Below, piece after piece: positions 54,448-64,000 of a stretch of DNA of 64,000 nucleotides (position 1 is its first letter; each line of letters begins with the position of its first letter). The notes beneath the pieces were generated by a model that saw only the letters and a program-made list of their open reading frames with translations, was not told the origin of the DNA and searched no databases. The translations under genes and the position numbers were made by a program. The stretch is from Clostridiales bacterium (lineage in GTDB: Bacteria; Bacillota; Clostridia; Christensenellales; Aristaeellaceae), in contig SVGY01000014.1 in assembly GCA_015056145.1 (NCBI GenBank), forward strand, positions 263 through 64,262, in the 5' to 3' direction.

Positions 54448-56115
54448 TTAAATCTCCATAATGATAGGAAGAATCATGGGGTTGCGTTTGATCTTTTCAA
54501 AGATGTAGCGGTGCAGTTCATCCTTGACGCGGTTTTTCAGATTCTGCCACTCGCTGCCGTCCAGACGGCCGTATTCGGCCAGAATGGCACGGGTGAGCTC
54601 TCTGCTGGACTCGATGATGTCTTCGTTTTCACGCACATACACAAAGCCACGGCTGATGAGATCCGGGCCGGAAACCAGCACGCCGCTGTCCCGTTCGATG
54701 GCCATGACCACGATGATAAGGCCGTCCTGGCTCAGATGCTTGCGGTCCCGGAGAACCACGTTTCCAACATCGCCGATACCAAGACCGTCCACCAGCACGC
54801 CGCCGGTGGGCACAACGCCGGCGATGCTCAGACTGTTCTGGGACATTTCGATGACGTTGCCGATTTCGGGGATGATGATATTGTTGCTGGCAACGCCCAG
54901 CTGCTCGGCCAGCTCCGCATGCTGCCACAGCTTGGCATATTCGCCGTGGATGGGGATGAAGTACTTTTCCTTGCACAGGGCGTGCAGCAGCTTGATTTCC
55001 TCCTGGCAGGCGTGGCCGGAAACGTGCACCTCACCCAGCTGGCCGTAGATCACGTTGACGCCGCAGCGGTACAGCTGGTTGATAACACGGGAAACAGGCT
55101 TTTCGTTGCCGGGAATGGGGGAGGCGGAGATGATGACGGTATCGGTGGGGCGGATCTGCAGCTTGCGGTGTTCGCCGTAGGCCATACGGGTCAGACCGGC
55201 CATGGCTTCGCCCTGGCTTCCGGTGGTCACCACCAGCACCTCGTCATCGGGGTAGTTGTCCAGATCGTCCACGTCGATGATGTTTTCATCGGGGATGCAC
55301 AATTCGCCGATGGTCATGGCCACCCGGGTGACGTTGACCATGCTGCGGCCGATAAAGCAAACCTTGCGTCCGTACATGGCAGCGGAATCCACCACCATCT
55401 GTACACGGTGGATGTTGGAGGCGAACATGGCCACGATCACACGGCCCTTGGCCTGCTGGAACATATCGATGAAGGTCTGGCCGATTTTGGTTTCGCTCAT
55501 GGTGTGGCCTTTGCGCTCGATGTTGGTGGACTCGCAAAGGAAAGCCAGTACGCCCTCATTGCCAAGCATGGCAAAGCTGGCCAGGTCGGTTACCTCGCCG
55601 TCGATGGGGGTGTAGTCCACCTTGAAGTCGCCGCTGAAGACGATGGTGCCCGCAGGGCAGGTGATGGCGATGGCCACGGCGCCGGCGATGGAGTGATTGA
55701 CATGGATGAACTTGATGTGGAAGCAGCCCAGGTTGATTTCATCCCGGGGATGGATCACATTGAGGGGGATGCCGGCGATGCGGTGCTCCTTCAGCTTCAG
55801 GTCCACCAGCGCCAGGGTCAGCTTGGTGCCGTAAAGGGGCATGGGTACCTGGCGCAGCACATAGGGCGTTGCGCCGATATGGTCCTCATGGCCGTGGGTA
55901 AGCAGCATACCACGCAGCTTTTCTCTGTTTTTAATAAGATATGTTACATCCGGGATGACCAGGTCCACGCCCAGCATGTCTTCCTTGGGGAAGATGGAAC
56001 CGCAGTCCACCACCAGAATATCATCGCCGTATTCCACGACGGTGATGTTTTTGCCAAATTCGTCTACGCCGCCCAGCGGGATGATGCGGAGTTTGGGTTC
56101 GTTGTTTTGCACCAT
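54448..56115 (-). CDS. rnj: ribonuclease J
   Basis: Trimmed to MVQNNEPKLRIIPLGG (AAGGAGG SD). Metallo-beta-lactamase motif HGHEDHIG plus a beta-CASP region. Confidence 0.92.
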   Translation of the reverse strand: MVQNNEPKLRIIPLGGVDEFGKNITVVEYGDDILVVDCGSIFPKEDMLGVDLVIPDVTYLIKNREKLRGMLLTHGHEDHIGATPYVLRQVPMPLYGTKLTLALVDLKLKEHRIAGIPLNVIHPRDEINLGCFHIKFIHVNHSIAGAVAIAITCPAGTIVFSGDFKVDYTPIDGEVTDLASFAMLGNEGVLAFLCESTNIERKGHTMSETKIGQTFIDMFQQAKGRVIVAMFASNIHRVQMVVDSAAMYGRKVCFIGRSMVNVTRVAMTIGELCIPDENIIDVDDLDNYPDDEVLVVTTGSQGEAMAGLTRMAYGEHRKLQIRPTDTVIISASPIPGNEKPVSRVINQLYRCGVNVIYGQLGEVHVSGHACQEEIKLLHALCKEKYFIPIHGEYAKLWQHAELAEQLGVASNNIIIPEIGNVIEMSQNSLSIAGVVPTGGVLVDGLGIGDVGNVVLRDRKHLSQDGLIIVVMAIERDSGVLVSGPDLISRGFVYVRENEDIIESSRELTRAILAEYGRLDGSEWQNLKNRVKDELHRYIFEKIKRNPMILPIIMEI

Positions 56116-56317
56116 GGCGACCTCCTTATGGGGGATATAAGATTCTGTAGCAGCCCTCACCACTGCAAAGCAGTAATAAGCGACTGAAGGAACTCGGTAA
56201 TCAATGGCCTGCACAAAAGATAAAGTAAACATGCAGTACAGCAAAAGCTGTACGCAAAAGAACTTTGAATGGATTTGTACGTCTGGCATAAAGCCAACGG
56301 CCCAAAGATACTACAAT

Positions 56318-56326
56318 AGTATAGCA
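56318..56326 (-). promoter_or_regulatory. extended -10 element (TGcTATACT) upstream of rnj
   Basis: The reverse complement of AGTATAGCA at 56318-56326. This implies a leader of about 200 nt. Confidence 0.35.
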
Positions 56327-56399
56327 CAAAAGGCATCCTTTGAACAGTATTTTCCTGTTTTTTTTCTATTATTTTGAAAAGATTTTCCGGGTCTCCGGC

Positions 56400-56843
56400 T
56401 CAGAAGCCGCCCTGCCCGCTGCAGCCCATCTGAGAGGGGTCGGGGCATTGGTCATAGACCGCAGAAATATGAGGAGTCCATTCCGGTTTGCCGGAAATGG
56501 ATTTATTGATGAAGAAAACAGCCACGCCGCCCAGGCCGAGGCCAAGGAAAGCAAAGAGGATGGTCATGCCGTCGGTGCCAAATACAAAGTGGCCCAGCAG
56601 GAAGCCCGCCAGGAAGCACAGGAGGGGTACCATGTAGGCTAAAAAGGTGGCGGAGAGGAACCGTCCGTCAGGCAGTTCCACCCGGACCCAGCTGTCCACA
56701 GGCGCATCGGTTTTCAGCTGGATGCTTTCCTCACGGCCGGTGGAGCAGGCGCCGCACTTTTCGCAGGCCTCGGGCCGTGCGTAGCGGATGGTGGCCACTC
56801 CTGTATTTTTATTGTATGCGATTACCTGACCATATTTCGTCAT
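56400..56843 (-). CDS. RseC/MucC (SoxR-reducing system) family protein
   Basis: N-terminal OB-like segment with CEKCGAC, followed by two TM helices. Confidence 0.7.
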   Translation of the reverse strand: MTKYGQVIAYNKNTGVATIRYARPEACEKCGACSTGREESIQLKTDAPVDSWVRVELPDGRFLSATFLAYMVPLLCFLAGFLLGHFVFGTDGMTILFAFLGLGLGGVAVFFINKSISGKPEWTPHISAVYDQCPDPSQMGCSGQGGF

Positions 56844-56921
56844 AAAAAACGTGCTCCTTTCCCGGCGGCGGGGGTCTGCTGGAAAAATTGATAAAAATAA
56901 AAGAGAATTTCCATGTATGTA

Positions 56922-56950
56922 TTGACATGGAAAGGAACAGGGGCTATAAT
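56922..56950 (+). promoter_or_regulatory. consensus sigma-A promoter of rpoB-rpoC
   Basis: TTGACA at 56922-56927, 17-nt spacer, TATAAT at 56945-56950. Confidence 0.7.
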
Positions 56951-57111
56951 ATAAAATTGCATCAGTATCGGAACTGTGCGCATTTTAGCCAAAAGCCTGA
57001 GGGTATTGTACATGCCCCGGCAAAAAAAAGCAACAGAAAAATGTTGCAGGGCTGAAGTGCTTGTAAAATAAGGATCCGACGCATGCGAGAACATAAGGGG
57101 TGATGGCATTT

Positions 57112-60873
<3,762 letters not shown>

Positions 60874-60908
60874 CCCTTAGCTCATTGACCGAAAGGGAGT
60901 GCCGTGTT

Positions 60909-63900
60909 TTGTTTGAATTGACCAATCTGGATTCCATCCAAATCGGAATGGCGTCGCCTGAGCAGATTTTAGCATGGAGCTTTGGCGAGGTTTCCAAGCC
61001 TGAAACCATCAACTACCGTACCCTCAAACCGGAACGGGATGGTCTTTTCTGCGAGCGCATCTTTGGACCCACCAAGGACTGGGAATGCGGCTGCGGAAAG
61101 TACAAGCGTGTTAAGTATAAAGACAAGAACAAGATCTGCGACAAGTGCGGCGTTCAGGTCACCAAGGCCAAGGTTCGCCGTGAGCGCATGGGCCACATTC
61201 AGCTGGCTGCCCCTGTAAGCCATATCTGGTATTTCAAGGGCATCCCCAGCCGGATGGGCATGCTGCTGGATATCAGCCCCAAGTCCCTGGAAAAGGTGCT
61301 GTATTTTGCCAGCTTTATCGTGCTTGATCCCGGCGACAGCGCCGAGACCGGCCTGAAGAAGTATCAGCTCATCAACGATGCCCAGTACCGTGAGGTGGAA
61401 GCCAAGTGCGGCAAGGGAAGCTTCCGTGCTGGCATGGGCGCCGAAGCCGTGAAGGAACTGCTCATGGAGCTGGACCTGGAGTCCCTCAGCGAAAAGCTGA
61501 AGAAGGAAGTTGCCGAGCTGACCGAAAAGGAACGGGATCGTGAGACCGAAGGTCAGAAGCGTGCCCGTACCGTGAAGCGCCTGGAAGTGGTGGAAGCATT
61601 CCGCCAGAGCAATAACAAGCCCGAGTGGATGATCCTGGACGTTGTGCCCGTCATCCCCCCGGATCTGCGCCCCATGGTGCAGCTGGACGGCGGCCGCTTT
61701 GCCACCAGCGACCTCAACGACCTTTACCGTCGTGTTATCAACCGTAACAACCGTCTGAAGAGACTTCTTGAGCTGGGTGCGCCGGATATCATCGTCCGCA
61801 ACGAAAAGCGCATGCTGCAGGAAGCCGTGGACGCCCTCATCGACAACGGCCGTCGTGGCCGTGCCGTGACCGGCCCCGGTAACCGTGCCCTCAAGAGCCT
61901 GTCCGACCTGCTGCGTGGTAAGCAGGGCCGCTTCCGTCAGAACCTGCTGGGTAAGCGTGTTGACTACTCCGGCCGTTCCGTTATCGTTGTGGGCCCCGAA
62001 CTGAAGCTGTATCAGTGCGGCGTGCCCAAGGAAATGGCCCTGGAGCTGTTCAAGCCCTTTGTAATCGAACGGCTGGTCACCCTGAAGAAGGCCGTCCACG
62101 GCAAGAACGCCAAGCGTATGGTGGACAAGGGCCGCCCCGAAGTGTGGGATATTCTGGAAGAGGTTATCAAGGAACACCCCGTGCTGCTGAACCGTGCTCC
62201 CACCCTGCACCGTCTGGGTATCCAGGCCTTCGAGCCCATGCTGGTGGAAGGCAAGGCCCTGAAGCTGCATCCTCTGGTATGTACTGCTTACAACGCCGAC
62301 TTTGACGGCGACCAGATGGCCATTCACGTTCCCCTGAGCATGGAAGCTCAGGCAGAAGCCCGCTTCCTGATGCTGGCCCATAACAACATCCTGAAGCCTC
62401 AGGATGGTAAGCCCGTTATGAGCCCCTCTCAGGACATGGTTATCGGCTGCTACTACCTGACCATCGACCGTGAAGACGGCCTTGGCGCAGGACGCTATTT
62501 CATCAGCCCCGACGAAGCCATGATGGCCTACCAGACCGGCCAGCTGAGCCTGCAGGCTCCCATCCACGTCCGTGTGGAGCGTGAGTTCAACGGCGAAAAG
62601 GGCAGCAAGGTTATCGAGTGCACCCTGGGACGGCTCCTCTTCAACGAGGTCATTCCCCAGGATATTGGCCGCAAGCCCCGTACCTGCCTGGAGGAAATGT
62701 TCCCCCTGGAGATCGACTGCCTCTGCGGCAAGAAGGAACTTGGCAAGATCGTAGACGAAGTGTATCAGAAGCACGGCATCCACGAGACCGCTCAGGTGCT
62801 GGACAATATCAAGAACCTTGGCTTCAAGTACTCCACCCGTGGCGCTGTAACCGTATCTGTATCCGATATCATCGTGCCCAAGCAGAAGGCTGAGATCATG
62901 AAGAAGGCTGACGAAGAAGTGACCATGATCAACAATCAGTACCTCATGGGCTTCATGAGCGAGGACGAGCGTTACACCACCGTTGTGGATATCTGGAACA
63001 AGACCACCGCCACTCTCCGTGGCATGATTCTGCCCGGTCTGGATAAGTTCAACCCCATCCGAATGATGACTGACTCCGGTGCCCGTGGTAGCGCCGCTCA
63101 GGTTTCCCAGCTGGCTGGTATGCGTGGCTTGATGGCCTCTCCCTCCGGACGTACGCTGGAACTGCCCATTCGTGCAAACTTCCGTGAAGGTCTGAAAGTG
63201 CTTGAGTTCTTCCTGTCCTCTCACGGTAGCCGTAAGTCTCTGGCTGATACCGCTCTGCGTACCGCTGACTCTGGTTACCTGACCCGCCGTCTGGTGGACG
63301 TTTCTCAGGAAGTCATCGTCCGGGAGCAGGATTGCTTCGAGACCCGTGGCGAGCGCGTGCGTGGCATCACCATTCAGGAAATTTCCATTAACAATCAGGT
63401 CATCGAGAGCCTGGAAGATCGTCTGGTGGGCCGTGTGGCTGCCGAGGACGTGTTCCATCCCGAAACCGGCGAACTGCTGGTGGCCCTCAACGAGACCATT
63501 TCCAACGCCAAGGCCAAACTGGTGGTCAAGGCCGGCATTACCAAGGTGCAGGTGCGCAGCGTGCTTACCTGCCGCAACGAAACCGGCGTATGCGCTCGCT
63601 GCTACGGCATGAACCTTGCCACCGGCGGCGCTGTGGACGTGGGTGAAGCTGTTGGTATCATCGCTGCACAGGCTATCGGTGAACCCGGTACCCAGCTGAC
63701 CATGCGTACCTTCCATACCGGCGGTATCGCCAGCGGCGAGGACATCACTCAGGGTCTTCCCCGTGTTGAGGAACTCTTCGAGGCCCGCAAGCCCAAGCGT
63801 GACGCTATCCTCAGTGAGATCAGCGGCCGTGTAAGCTTCGGCGAAAACAAGAAGAAGCGTGAAGTGATCGTTACCAGCACCGAGGATGCCAGCGAGCAGA

Positions 63901-64000
63901 AGACCTACGCTATCAACTATGGCAGCCGCCTGAAGGTTCAGGAAGGCCAGATCATCAAGGCCGGCGACGAGCTTATCGAAGGCTCCGTCAACCCCCACGA
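60909..64000 (+). CDS. rpoC: DNA-directed RNA polymerase subunit beta-prime (partial, continues past the window end)
   Basis: Not in the ORF track because there is no in-window stop. Hand translation from TTG 60909 (AGGGAG SD 9 nt upstream) gives [67 protein letters not shown]. Confidence 0.95.
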   Translation, partial: MFELTNLDSIQIGMASPEQILAWSFGEVSKPETINYRTLKPERDGLFCERIFGPTKDWECGCGKYKRVKYKDKNKICDKCGVQVTKAKVRRERMGHIQLAAPVSHIWYFKGIPSRMGMLLDISPKSLEKVLYFASFIVLDPGDSAETGLKKYQLINDAQYREVEAKCGKGSFRAGMGAEAVKELLMELDLESLSEKLKKEVAELTEKERDRETEGQKRARTVKRLEVVEAFRQSNNKPEWMILDVVPVIPPDLRPMVQLDGGRFATSDLNDLYRRVINRNNRLKRLLELGAPDIIVRNEKRMLQEAVDALIDNGRRGRAVTGPGNRALKSLSDLLRGKQGRFRQNLLGKRVDYSGRSVIVVGPELKLYQCGVPKEMALELFKPFVIERLVTLKKAVHGKNAKRMVDKGRPEVWDILEEVIKEHPVLLNRAPTLHRLGIQAFEPMLVEGKALKLHPLVCTAYNADFDGDQMAIHVPLSMEAQAEARFLMLAHNNILKPQDGKPVMSPSQDMVIGCYYLTIDREDGLGAGRYFISPDEAMMAYQTGQLSLQAPIHVRVEREFNGEKGSKVIECTLGRLLFNEVIPQDIGRKPRTCLEEMFPLEIDCLCGKKELGKIVDEVYQKHGIHETAQVLDNIKNLGFKYSTRGAVTVSVSDIIVPKQKAEIMKKADEEVTMINNQYLMGFMSEDERYTTVVDIWNKTTATLRGMILPGLDKFNPIRMMTDSGARGSAAQVSQLAGMRGLMASPSGRTLELPIRANFREGLKVLEFFLSSHGSRKSLADTALRTADSGYLTRRLVDVSQEVIVREQDCFETRGERVRGITIQEISINNQVIESLEDRLVGRVAAEDVFHPETGELLVALNETISNAKAKLVVKAGITKVQVRSVLTCRNETGVCARCYGMNLATGGAVDVGEAVGIIAAQAIGEPGTQLTMRTFHTGGIASGEDITQGLPRVEELFEARKPKRDAILSEISGRVSFGENKKKREVIVTSTEDASEQKTYAINYGSRLKVQEGQIIKAGDELIEGSVNPH

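Noticed and set aside
53443-56187. 914-aa plus-strand ORF
   Set aside because: It is antisense to the NAGPA-like gene and RNase J (HGHEDHIG and other motifs are on the minus strand). The translation is Gly/Asp/His/Val-rich with no motifs.

Overview
GC-rich chromosomal window (GC not computed). Gene content points to a Clostridia / Oscillospiraceae-like Firmicute: spoIIID next to mreB/mbl, plsX-acpP-rnc-smc-ftsY, a T-box in front of proS, and rpoB-rpoC. That taxonomic call is inference only. Most of the window is ordinary housekeeping and metabolism: a PadR module, a sugar ABC importer, an L,D-transpeptidase, an ECF-type sigma factor, a dipeptidase, a GuaA-like enzyme, acpS, birA, queH, rubrerythrin, RNase J and the RNA polymerase core subunits. 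I found no tRNA, rRNA, CRISPR array, integrase or transposase. Two things stand out. (1) A tightly coupled four-gene operon at 42849-51373 encodes a lipoprotein, a 4-TM protein, a 705-aa protein with FtsZ/tubulin T1, T3 and T4 GTPase loop motifs plus a coiled-coil tail, and a ~1220-aa protein whose C-terminal part carries the actin/Hsp70 (ASKHA) ATPase motifs in canonical order. I know of no characterised system with this composition. (2) A ~164-bp MITE-like element occurs twice (162/164 identical, on opposite strands). Each copy sits between the stem-loop and the T-tract of a different Rho-independent terminator, in the same orientation relative to transcription. Each is flanked by a 30-33 bp direct duplication of the whole locus-specific hairpin. 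Many long antisense shadow ORFs in the six-frame track were rejected. rpoC is missing from the track because it runs off the window end, and was called by hand.
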